Source: Girardia tigrina (taxonomy: Eukaryota). From it: a stretch of DNA of 55,211 bases. Position numbers and translations under genes: made by a program. The stretch covers positions 1-55,211 of the forward strand of contig MQRK01188983.1 in NCBI GenBank assembly GCA_001938485.1. The letters run 5' to 3'. The notes beneath the pieces were generated by a model. That model saw nothing but the letters and a program-made list of their open reading frames with translations. It did no database searches and was not told where the DNA came from. Positions 38,855 to 50,125 of this stretch are shown in pieces; within the stretch, counting starts at the first letter, position 1; every line of letters begins with the position of its first letter.

Positions 38855-41143
38855 GAACTTTTTCCAGTATAGATTTAGGCAAAGCATACCATCAAGTGGC
38901 ATTGGATGAAAGTTCTCAAAAAAAAACTGCATTTTGCACAAGAACACAGCAGTATTGTTTTAACCGTGTACCGTTTGGACTTTCAACAGCACCCGGAACG
39001 TTTTAGAGAATAATGAATTCATTATTTGAAGATTTACTGTTCTCTGAAGTAGTATGATACCTAGATAATGTCTTATTTTACTCAAAATCAATGAAGGATC
39101 ATATGAGACGATTAGAAGAAGTACTGAATAGACTGATGAAAGCAGGTTTAAAAGTCAATCCAGGGAAATGCAAATTCGGAGTGGAGGAGCTGATATTTCT
39201 GGGACATACAATTAACAAAGAAGGTATCTCAACAAATAAATTGAAAGTGGCAGAAATTCAAAATTTTCCGATTCCAAAGTGTACTCGAAATTTACGAGCA
39301 TTTTTAGGTCTGTGTAACTACTATCGACGTTTTATCAAGAATTACGCTGAATTAGCAGCACCTTTGCACATTGCATGTAGCGGAAAATGTAAAGAAATAT
39401 TTTAGTCAGACGAGTGCGACAGAAGTTTTAACGAATGGAAGCAAAAGCTATGTGGTGCACCAATATTAGCATTTGTGAACCTGAATAATAATTTCATCTT
39501 AGATACCGATGCATTATTCGGATCGATAGGAGCAGTTCTTAGTCAGATATCAGAAGAGAAAGAAGTATTAATCGCGTATTCATCGAGGACTTTAACCACA
39601 CATGAAAAATGGTACTGTGGGACAAGAAAGGAACTATTAGCTATACAATTAGCTATACAAGTTCATGTTACATTTCAAGCAATATTTATATGGTAAGCGA
39701 TTTACAGCAAGAACTGATCATAAAACCCTGATGTATATGAAGAGTACTTCCAAACCAATAACTCCTCGATTCCAGACATGGTTAGTAAACATGGTGGATT
39801 TTTACTTTGATTTGAAGTATAGAAAAGGTGACGAACATGGAAATGCAGATGGATTATCACTGCTATATGACGATGCCTATATACAATGGGAAACAAAACC
39901 CGAAGAACCAAAATCAACAAAAGCAAGGGCGAAACACATCAATACAGTGGTGATTCAGTATATAATTCAATGGATAAAAGACGAACAAGAAAGTGCTCAG
40001 AGTTGAACCAGTTGAAACAAATACCAGAGATGGTAGAGGGGTAAAAGAATGAAATCACCAAGAACTTATTACAACTAAACGACCAATTAGTTTATCAGAA
40101 TGAGTTATTGGGTAGGCAAGAAGGAAATTGTGTGTTACTGTTGGTTCCGAAGCAAATTAGAAAAGATTTCATCAGGAAAATACACAGAGATTTATGTCAT
40201 GTAGGTATCAAAAAGACAAAGAAGTATATCGAAAATCATTTTATGCTACCAGATTTAGCGAAAGAGGTGCAAATCGTTATAGCAGATTGTCAAGAATGTA
40301 TACTCAGAAAAATTCTAAGTGAAAAAAAACAAAATAGAAGTTAATTCCAATAAGAAGTGACGAGTTTTTAGAGCAAGTCGTGATGGATATCGCATATGTG
40401 GGTGACAAGAATAGCATGTACCCATATCTATTGGTCATGGTGGACCAGTTTTCGAAATTGGTCTCTTTGACAGAGATTAGAACTCAAAACGAAGACACCA
40501 TAGTTCAATGCGTGTTGATAAAATAGATATATAGATATGGGAAGCCAAAAACAATATTAACAGACAATGGAAAATGTTTTACTGGCAGAAAATATAAAGA
40601 TTTTTGCAGGAAATATGGAATCGAACAAAGATTTAGTAGCCCATTTCAGCATCAATCAAATGGGTTGGCAGAAAGAACTATTCGAACAGTGAGAGACATG
40701 ATGGTAAAAAGAAGAGGAGACACTGGTAAACGATCATGATAGCAAATTGTTCCGAAGATAGAATTCTGTCTAAATGCAACAGTTCAGAGTACAACCGGAT
40801 ATTCGCCCTTCGGAGTTGTGTTTGGTAGAAAAATAAACGTACGTGCGGCAGCAGGAATAGTTAAAACGGAAGAGAGTAACGTGATCAAGATGAAGGTAAG
40901 AGAAAATTTTGAGAAAGCGGCAAGACGAATGGAAAATTGAGAGAGAGAGAAGAAAGAAAATCGACATTTCGAGGATGGTCAGAAAGTCTTTGTAAAACAA
41001 GATCCTACAAAACTGAGAATGGACACTTTCCCATTCTATGGACCGTACCAAATTTTAAGACATATATCGCCACACCGATTGGAACTACAGAATCTGAAAG
41101 ACAGAAACAATTTATCGAAGAATTGAGTGGATTAAGAAAGTAA
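38855..41143 (+). pseudogene. pol: Gypsy pol (RT, RNase H, integrase); protease and RT N-terminus deleted
   Basis: IDLGKAYHQV, PFGLSTAPGTF, YLDNV, FLGLCNYYRRFI, LDTDA, RTDHK, HRDLCHVG..C..C, LTDNGKCF, SNGLAERTIR. Confidence 0.93.
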
Positions 41144-41282
41144 ATAAGAAATCATAAAAGAGGGAAAGTTTTGATCATTAATATGTTTAAGTATTCTAAA
41201 ATGATTGTAAATATTAAATAAATTCTACTTGTTGATATTATGAATTCTGAAGTGAAACCTGGAGATTTAACTATGACATTTG

Positions 41283-41763
41283 AAAAATATTTAAGTCTTT
41301 TTACTTTAAAATTAAATTATTTTCAAATTGTAGGAATAAAAGAAAATACCAATCAGCTATCTGTGTAGGAGAGACACAATCCGAATCAATATACTGTTCA
41401 TGTCAAAACAATGAACCCAGTTATGAAATTTTTTTAAAGAGAAACTATTATATAAAAAAATTAATTTGATAATTGTGAAAATTTAAAAAAAAACTGTAAT
41501 TTTTCGAATTAAGAAATATGTAATTGAATTTTGAATGGGATTGTATGAAAATTAGTGTGAATTAAAAAAAATTGATTATTTCTAAATTAGAAATAATCAA
41601 TTTTTTAATTCACACTAATTTTCATACAATCCCAATCGTTTTGACATGAATAGTATATTGATTCGGATTGTCTCTCCTATACAGAAAGCTGATTGGTATT
41701 TTCTTTTATTCCTACAATTTGAAAATAATTTAATTTTAAAGTAAAAAGACTTAAAATATTTTT
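41283..41763. repeat. Fold-back structure: outer inverted duplication plus inner near-perfect palindrome
   Basis: About 41283-41412 is the reverse complement of about 41637-41763; 41536-41634 is a hairpin with arms of about 47 bp and a 3-nt loop. Confidence 0.9.
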
Positions 41764-42189
41764 AATTACAATTAGAAATTCTAATTGTTGAAAAGGATTT
41801 TTAAAAAAAAGTTGAATTTGTTTAAAATAGCTAATTAAATCAAAATTGTGGTTAAAAGTTTTGAAAATCAATAAACGATTAATCCGAACTTCGTTATTTT
41901 TGATTCAAATTCGAAAATGATGGAAAATAATTTATTGAAAAATTTAAATTTATCGAAATTAATGAATCCAAACTTCCATATACAACATGCAAAATATAAA
42001 ACAACAAATAATTCAAAACATACCTCACACAGGTGAAGGTATTAACAGAAAATTTATTTACCGAGCAATCAAGAGATATGAGTGAACTGGTTTTATTGTC
42101 CCATCAAAAGCTGTAGAAAGTTTACTGTACAGACTCGTTGAATGCTGGGAAAGGTTATGCTTACAATAAAAAAAGAAATGATAGTGAGG

Positions 42190-42400
42190 AAAGTAAGGTA
42201 AAAATTGACTTTAAGTGAAAGTTCAGTGCACAGAATCTTAAAGTATTCCTTGCATCTAAAAGCTTACAAACTCCAGAAATTCTACACGATTCCAAATAAA
42301 AACCAAAAAGCACATAGGGAGCGTTGTTAAAAAAACGTTCGATTGTTTTTAGATCGATCATCATATTTTCTGATGAAAAGCTTTTTATGCTACAACTACA
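42190..42400 (+). pseudogene. Tc1/mariner-superfamily transposase remnant
   Basis: LSESSVHRILKYSLHLKAYKLQK and IIFSDEKLF. Confidence 0.7.
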
Positions 42401-42968
42401 TCATTTTGTTTTATGTCTTTAAAATAATTTGAGCTTGAATATTTAGCACAGTTTTATTCGTAAATTCCCATAAAATTCTAAACGAAAATAATTTTGATTA
42501 TCTCTTTAATTCAGAAATGTGTACAAGAAGTTTTGGAAAATGAACAAGAATGGAGGAATTAAAAAATGGTACCCGGTGAAGGAATATAACGGGGGCATTG
42601 TGGAAATTTAACTGCTTGTTTCATCAAATTATGATTTATTGAATAAAGTCTTCTTCTTTTCATAATTTTGGTGTAATAATTGTATATATTTTATGGTAAG
42701 ATGATAATAATTCTGTAAACTTTCAGCCATAAACTTCGCAGATTGAGGTATATCTTTCATGATAAAGATCTTTTAATGTCTACATAATAGACTTTTGATC
42801 GGAAAAAATCTTTACTATACAGGGGTATTCTGAAAAAAAATTCATTTCTAAAAAAATGATATTAAATCATTTTTGAATAAATGATTTTCTTATTTTATAA
42901 TTTTCTGAATTTAATGAAACTATTTTATGTTTGATTTCTACAATTAATAAGTATTTTTATATGTTATC

Positions 42969-43408
42969 TATTAACAACGTCAATATGATTTTTAAACATT
43001 TATTAACACCACAATCAGAATCGTTATGACAACAATTATTCAAAGGACTTTCACAATTTGACATTTTCTTGATTAATAGATTTCTGAATTCATACTAATT
43101 TTTTTCAATAAATGAAAATCTTTTAATAAAAATTATTAATTATAAAAATTCTAATTGGTTAAAATTAAATCTAAACATTTTTTAAAAAAAGTACCATTTA
43201 AATTAATATATTTTATTATAAATTACATTAAAAATTAAATATTACATTCGAAAATTATCCTAAATAATTTTACTTTAAAATTAAATTAAATTATTTTTAA
43301 TTAGTAGAAATTAAAGAAAATACCAATCAGCCATCTGCGTAGGAGAGACAATCCGAATCAACATACAACATGCACAATATCAACACACAATTCCAAACTT
43401 TCCTCACA
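42969..43408 (-). mobile_element. TG..TA family copy
   Basis: TTATC|TATTAACAAC ... TTTCCTCACA|CTATC (4/5 TSD match); 440 bp. Confidence 0.88.
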
Positions 43409-43479
43409 CTATCTATTCTTGTGTGTATTTTCATGTATGTTTTATTTAAATAATTGAGGATCATGTATATTTTTTCAAA

Positions 43480-43960
43480 TAAATGATGATATGCAATGAA
43501 ATGTAAGGTAGTGAGTTTGATAGGTTATTGCTCAATGCAGAGGGTGCTGAAAATTGGATTAGTTAAAGAAAATTGAAGCAATTATCAAGAGAGTTTACTG
43601 TAGACCTTCGGTCAATATTTCAAAAAAATGAAGAATCTGACATTCGTAAAAGATCAAGAACTGCGGCAAACGCTCATCTAATACTGGATCTTATTGAAAG
43701 AGATGCTCATTTTTCTTTTGATAAATCGAAGAAAGAACTGGAATCCCCTTGAGTTTAGTCTAATATATTCTAAACAGGTTTCTTATAAAACATAGTTTAT
43801 TCGTAGGGTTGGTCTCTCATTTACTAACAGATGAAATGAAACAAGCTGGATTTGAAAAGTCTGAAATTATACTGAGAGCGATATATAAAAGTGTCATGGT
43901 AATTGATGAAAAATGATTGTACCGGAATTATTTACTCCCTCTCAATAATCATCGGGCATA
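43480..43960 (+). pseudogene. mariner transposase remnant
   Basis: LVSHLLTDEMKQ (WVPHxLT motif) and VMVIDEK*LY (VTGDEKWIY motif). Confidence 0.65.
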
Positions 43961-45149
43961 GATGAAAGTTAGTGACATTAGTCATCGTTCATATGTTTTA
44001 AATATTATAATGAGTGGCGTTATATTTCATATTTTCTTATGGAACACAAGATTCATTCTATCCTTAAGCCTCCATACTCTCACAATACCAATCAGCTAGT
44101 ATGATTGGTTTTCCCAAACATTGACACTCTACATGCAGATGTTAAACTCAATAGAGGTTCATGAAATTCTTAATAATTTTCACTGTAGCATTCGTAGATA
44201 GTCACTGAATAAAAAACTTGAGCGTTTATGTAACGATCTACAAGAAATTAAACCACTCTATGATGAAACTATCATAATTCATAATGTCAAAGGAAAGAAG
44301 AATCTGACCTTGTAGATTATCTGTCTTCTTTTTCCTTTTAATTAAAAAACATTTTAATCTGTATAAGATAAGACAAGCTGATAGCATTTTACTTAAAGGC
44401 GTTATATGTTTCCTAATATTGCAATTCGTAACTTTTCAATTAAATTCAGTCATTTAAGAGACATGATCTTCTGATATAATCTTTGTTAAATAAGTTTATC
44501 TCTTAATAATATTTTTGATTTTTAAAGTTTTGCTTAATTTAAAAAAGCCATGTTCATTTGGATGGAAAACCCTTTTCAATAACATTTATGGAATTCGATT
44601 CCAAGTAAAATCAAAACAAACTGAAAATTCTCATAAAAATTCTCTTATAGTTTTTTAAAACAAATATTATAAATACTCCGTCTGAATTCTAATGTAAGGG
44701 TAAATAATACTATTTCTGATAACTGCTGTTGTCGAAGGTTGTTTACCTTAACTTTTAATTAGATGAATAAAAATTAGATGGTAAGTAATATCATCTTTAC
44801 TTATCCTAACAATTTCATAACAAATACTCTTTATCTAAACTGATGAAAAGGTATTATATTTAAAATGGTGATAAAAATATTTTATTTGAAAATGATTCAT
44901 AAACCACTAAAAAACTAAAAAAAGAAATACTTTGTATATAAATCAGGATTTTGTTTGAGTTTAACTGCACAATAACGAGTGCGAATGTTAAAATACTGTT
45001 GATTGCTTCATGATGGTAACTTCATACATGATTGCTTCACAAAAAGATTTCTTATTTTACAAATGGAATGAGTGATTATGAACCAATGTATAGGTCGCGA
45101 ACTATCTGTCGAAATAACACAAAGCATCCTGAACGAACTGCTGAACCAC

Positions 45150-45350
45150 GAACTGAATGTGATATTGAAGTTTCTCAAAGAACAGTCTGAGATATCATAC
45201 ACGAAGGGCTCTGTTAACCAAGGCAGAAATCAGAAATCCATACGAGCAACAGGCGGCTCTGAAGTCGAACAGAAAATCTGTTCTCATCAGAATCGTCTTG
45301 CCAACGGCCTGGTCCATCAGGAACAGAATGACGTTCATGTACTTAATAAC
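45150..45350 (+). pseudogene. Degraded retrotransposon integrase fragment
   Basis: IIHEGLC*P (HHCC region) and EQKICSHQNRLANGLV (xNGxxER region). Confidence 0.4.
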
Positions 45351-45879
45351 TATTAAGAACACCAACATGGGTTTTCAAACTTTTATTTTCATTACAATCA
45401 GAATTGTCTTTTGGACAACTCTCAGCGAAACTCTCGTCATTCGACATCGTTCTAAATTGATAATTTTTTATTAATGTTTGTTAATAAACAATTATTCGAA
45501 CAAATTTTCATTATTTTCAGATTTTATTTTTAAAGTTCAAATTTGTAGTTTTAGTATTAATTTTTATTTACATATTAATTTTATTTAAAAATTATTTTAT
45601 GTAAAGAAAGAACATTCAGTTAATTCAAAACTTAGTTAAAACTATTTATTTTATTTAAATTTTAATATGAAGATTTGAAAGGATTTACTATTTTTCATGT
45701 TTTTACATATCTTATGCTGTACTTTAAAATATAAATTATATCCGAATAATTATCTATCGTGAACATCCAAAATATCAATTTTCCATCTGGGTGGGAGAAA
45801 CACATTTCCAAATACTAAACTCAACATACAAAATTCAACAAACCAATTTCAACATACCAAATTTAAAATATTCCTCACA
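45351..45879 (-). mobile_element. TG..TA family copy
   Basis: ATAAC|TATTAAGAAC ... ATTCCTCACA|ATAAC perfect 5-bp TSD; 529 bp. Confidence 0.92.
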
Positions 45880-46628
45880 ATAACATTAACTATGATATTA
45901 TGAAGAACCCGAAAGGTACTTGAATATTTTCCCTGGTGAGATTAAAGGGCTAGGATGATTTCAGTTTGGCACGATTTGGATCTCTGATGAATATCAGCTA
46001 CGGATACTCAGTGAAGATCCAAGTAAAATAATTGGTTGCGTTAATAAATATAAATATTAAATTAAAAAAAATAAAAACCCAACATAACTTTTAAAAAGTT
46101 ATTTATGTGTACATAAATATTTATATTATATGGGTTTAGTAATCAAAATAAATGTTTCCTCCATAAATTTAAAAAATGATATTAAAAAATAAAAAAACAA
46201 AGTCAATTGTTTTAATAATTTGTGTTTATTGAATACATTTTCTTGAAAATAAAAATTCGTTTTAATATGATTGAAAATTCAAATTCGAATGATTATTCAA
46301 AGCAGAATCATACTAGCAATAATTACAATTCATAAATTTAAGAAATATTTTTGAAGGCTGCGAACTATGTTTTTGAATGTTGTATGTTATTTTAGTATCT
46401 ACTATCCAGATGAAGATGAATATTTTAAATTATTTTTATCAAAAATTACACTTATAAAGACTGTTTTTGTCATACAAACTTTGTTTATGTTAGTGTACCC
46501 ACAGTAAAAATATATCATAATTTTGTTTCAATAACATGATGTTTTGTGGACAGCTACATATTCATTTCGGATCTCATACACATGTTTTTATTTGATTACT
46601 TTAATGAAGTCGACTGTATAACTATTAT

Positions 46629-47049
46629 TATTAAGAACATTAATTGAGTTTCATTGAGTTTTCATTACATTTATTTGCATCACAATTTTAATTGCCACTA
46701 GAACAATTCTCCGTAAAGCTTGCGTAACTCGTCATCGTTCTTGAATGATAATTTTTTAATAATATTCTTTAACGACTTATTATTCGAACAAATTTAAATT
46801 ACCATTTAATTATTACAAAAATAATTTATACTTTAAATTAAAATAAATTTTATTTATTTTAAGAAAATTATTATTAAAATATTATTTATGAAAAATTTAT
46901 TTCATTTTAAAATTGGTTATTTGAATTTTAATAATTGATTAAATAATCCGACGTTTTAAAATATTTAAAATATCAATCTTCCATGTGGTTGGGAGAAACA
47001 CGATCCTAAAACAACATACAACAAGCACCATTCAAAAATATTCCTCACA
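46629..47049 (-). mobile_element. TG..TA family copy
   Basis: ATTAT|TATTAAGAAC ... ATTCCTCACA|ATTAC (4/5 TSD match); 421 bp. Confidence 0.9.
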
Positions 47050-47083
47050 ATTACATTTTATTTACATTCGCTACATCAAAAAT

Positions 47084-47420
47084 ATGCCACAAACTTGTTG
47101 TAACCACTTCGAAAGTTTTTGTTATGTGTATGAGAGTTATTTTTTACATATCAGTGGTTAAAGTTCACAATATTCATTGAACAGTACGAATTAGACTAAT
47201 TTTGATTTCATGTACAGCATCAAGATGTATCCTGGTTTCCACATAAATGTTGTGTAATTTGTTCGAGATTTCTTTAAGGTTGGGTTAAACAAGTACTTAG
47301 GTATTTACTATTTGCTATAAAAGGATATGGATGGACTCAGAGAATTATGTCAATGCTTGTTATTTTGTTTGACCCAAACAAAAGGAATTATATACAATTC
47401 CAAACACAATTTATGTGAGA
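47084..47420 (+). pseudogene. Second, divergent Chapaev3 transposase N-terminal remnant
   Basis: MPQTCCNHFESFCYVY, QDVSWFPHKCCVIC..L.GW, IWMDSENYVNACYF (Chapaev zinc-finger motifs). Confidence 0.75.
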
Positions 47421-48044
47421 AAATCGGCTGTAGATGTTTTCAAGAAAACCAAAATTTTATTATTACTTGATAAAATGTTAGATGATCTCTCAAATAAGAA
47501 AGACGACATTTTGCGGTATATGAAAGTTCAGTTGAATATGGAGAAAAGGATTTCATGCTCGTGGAAGATTATTAGAAGTTGAAGATCACTCTATTAAAAA
47601 ACAATGATTTAAAAAGATCAATTCCAAATAAAAAACTGATGATTGTGAAATATTGGATTCTACAAGGTAGAAAAATACAGATCTGTCAAAAATGCGATCA
47701 AGTCCCATGCATTCAATTAAAAATTTCTAAAATGGATTTATTCATTATTTAAGAAAACTTCTGAATTAAAATTATACAAAGAAATTAACAAGAAAAAGAC
47801 TGCGAATATTTCACTTTTTGTGAAATTGATTTTCAATAATGTGAAATTGATTTTCATTTGTGTGAAATTGAATTGTAAAAGGTATAGTTGCCTGTTATAT
47901 TCACAAATATCGATTCAGTGGCAGATTAGATGAAGATCTTCCAGAGTTGTTTAGATTCTGTTTAAAAAATGTTAATATACATCTATTTATAGAACAAAAA
48001 AATAATAACCCTTCAAAAAGGTTGACTAACAAATACGTACACAT

Positions 48045-48467
48045 CAGGCGCGTAGCCAGGGGGGGTGATTGGATGGATTTCCACCCCCCCTGATAAAATG
48101 CCCTAAAAATTTTTTAAAAAAATTATTACGAAAAACAAAACTTAGAGGAACGGGACCTCTCGTTTTTCCCCCAATTAAAATCCAATTGGGCGTTCCCATT
48201 TTAATCCACGTTTTCGGCCCTACTGGCGAGGTTGAAAACAAAGATTAATATAGAAACCCTTGATTGGATTTTAATCGGGGAGAAAAAAGGAGGTCCGTGG
48301 AACGTTTAAGGAACTTAAGGATCGTTTAAGTTTAGAGGGTTAAAATCGGGAGACACCCCCACCCCTGAAAAAATTAAAACATAATTAGCCACCCCAATTA
48401 TATTTAAGATTGCTAGATCTTTCAGGAATTTTTTTCCACCCCCTCTGCAATCCTGGCTACGCCGCTG
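48045..48467. mobile_element. Non-autonomous hAT element (423 bp)
   Basis: GTACACAT|CAGGCGCGTAGCCAGG ... CCTGGCTACGCCGCTG|GTACACAT perfect 8-bp TSD. Confidence 0.93.
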
Positions 48468-48709
48468 GTACACATTATAATAAAATAAATTGTAAAAAAG
48501 TCATTTATATAAAATAGATTATTAGTCTTTAAAATAGATTATTAATGGAAATTATTATTGAATTATTATAAAATTTATAAAATACACATGTCTCTTAGAA
48601 AATTAAAAATTAAATTATTTTCGAAATTCTTTTAATAAATCTTGTTCATGATGCCTCGGGCTTTTGTTTGACTTAAAAAAATTTGCTGAATTTTTTTTTA
48701 TTTATATTA

Positions 48710-49575
48710 CTATGCAACTGCCGGATTTACAAAAATCATCCTTTTGTGACTGATGTTTCCGGTGTTAGGGAGGGAATAATATTTTGGTATTGCTTTATTT
48801 GTTTGGTTAATTTTATGATAATAATATTAATAATAATGACTTTATGATTACTTTTATATATAATAATAAGAAGAAAAATAAAAAGAACAATAAGAATAAT
48901 AAATAGAATAAGAATAAGAATGATAGTAATAATAATAATAATAATAAATTAATTACATATCTGAGGCTCCGGTTAAACGACCGAAATAAAAAAACTGATT
49001 GTTGTTTTAATAAACTAAAGAAATAATGAAATGGACACAATTTTAAATTTTGTTAGTGAATTTTTCATATAATAAATGTCGACTTTGTTATTTTTATTTC
49101 GACTTTGTAATTTTTAATTAATAAAACATAACAAACAACAACCTCATGCGGGACCGACGAGATTGTACCGCTTAACGGCAACTTGAACTGGTTGGACTGA
49201 ACCCGGTTCTATCACTACCGATCAGACGGTGTTCAACGAGCCGATATGACTGGACCAATCGGACCGACGGTACAATCACACTTTTCCCTACTCAGCGACA
49301 TGACGAACCGGTTGGACCGAGTCCGGTACTGTCATGTGCAATCCGCTGGCGAACCACCACGCATTGGACGCGGGACTGACACTCGTCGACGTGTCGACCC
49401 GGTGGTTACTGGGTGCGATCGGTACACAGCCGCCGTTGAAACGACACGCCGATCTTTCCGGGCACTGAGTACCGGCACAATTAAGAGGTGCTGATCACCG
49501 CAACTCGTTCCGGCAGCCGGTATCTCATTGGTGTCACAAGTGGGATCCCAGTAACAGAACTGGGGCAAGCAGGTA
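48710..49575 (-). pseudogene. ADAMTS-like cysteine-rich domain fragments
   Basis: CLPQFCYWDPTCDTNEIPAAGTSCG, GTQCPERSACRFNGGCVP and KDDFCKSGSCI resemble the PAxxGTxCGxxxxCxxGxCV motif; frameshifted. Confidence 0.45.
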
Positions 49576-50079
49576 TGATTGTTTGTTAGAACGCAGACAC
49601 TACATCACTTACGCATCAATCACTCACCACACACATTCGATAAAAACTGTCCACACTCACAGCAATCACTGCACGCACTCTCACACAGTAATGAACAACA
49701 ACACTTACAATTACACAGTGCTTCCCAATGTTGCAGACATGTCCACAACGTTACAATCTCACACCGCATCGTGCCAACCTCACAGCACCATCACGATATC
49801 AATAAAAGGAGATGTAGCAATAGATTTCCGTTTCACCACTTATAGTTACGTCAGTCATCTCATCAGCGCCATCTTTAACCATCTTTAACCATGTTACCCT
49901 CCACCACGGCTTCAAACTACTTCCATACAAAATCACCGTCGAACAATAAGGAATCATAACCGACACTACTCTTGTCTGTCATATCTCTATGATGAAAATA
50001 GGATTAATTTTATTGGAGTAAATATTCTCTGATCCTACATCGAATAGTTAATATATCAGAGTATGTTTTCTACTTCGAT

Positions 50080-50125
<46 letters not shown>

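Larger units (their letters stand above)
37044..41272 (+). mobile_element. Ty3/Gypsy LTR retrotransposon, full-length borders, decayed ORFs
   Basis: 106-bp LTRs at 37044-37149 and 41167-41272 (AGTT..AACT, 6 mismatches), TSD ATGAC, PPT AAAAGAGGGAA, gag-RT-RH-IN order. Confidence 0.95.
36275..41412 (-). mobile_element. TG..TA family copy split by a Harbinger MITE and a Gypsy element
   Basis: 36275-36409 + 36922-37043 + 41278-41412 are collinear with the uninterrupted copy at 42969-43408. Confidence 0.8.

Noticed and set aside
15707-47049. TG..TA family as a two-exon secreted-peptide gene family (signal-like RNIFEWCLLYVVLG, AT-rich intron)
   Set aside because: No conserved ATG, donor or acceptor; sharp ends with TSDs show a mobile unit instead.
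47815-47880. Three GTGAAATTGA repeats as a CRISPR-like array
   Set aside because: Short units with spacers under 12 nt; typical TE subterminal repeats in a eukaryotic context.
49825-49870. Minus-strand CTGATGAG...GAAAC hammerhead-like core
   Set aside because: No convincing stem II or stem III pairing.
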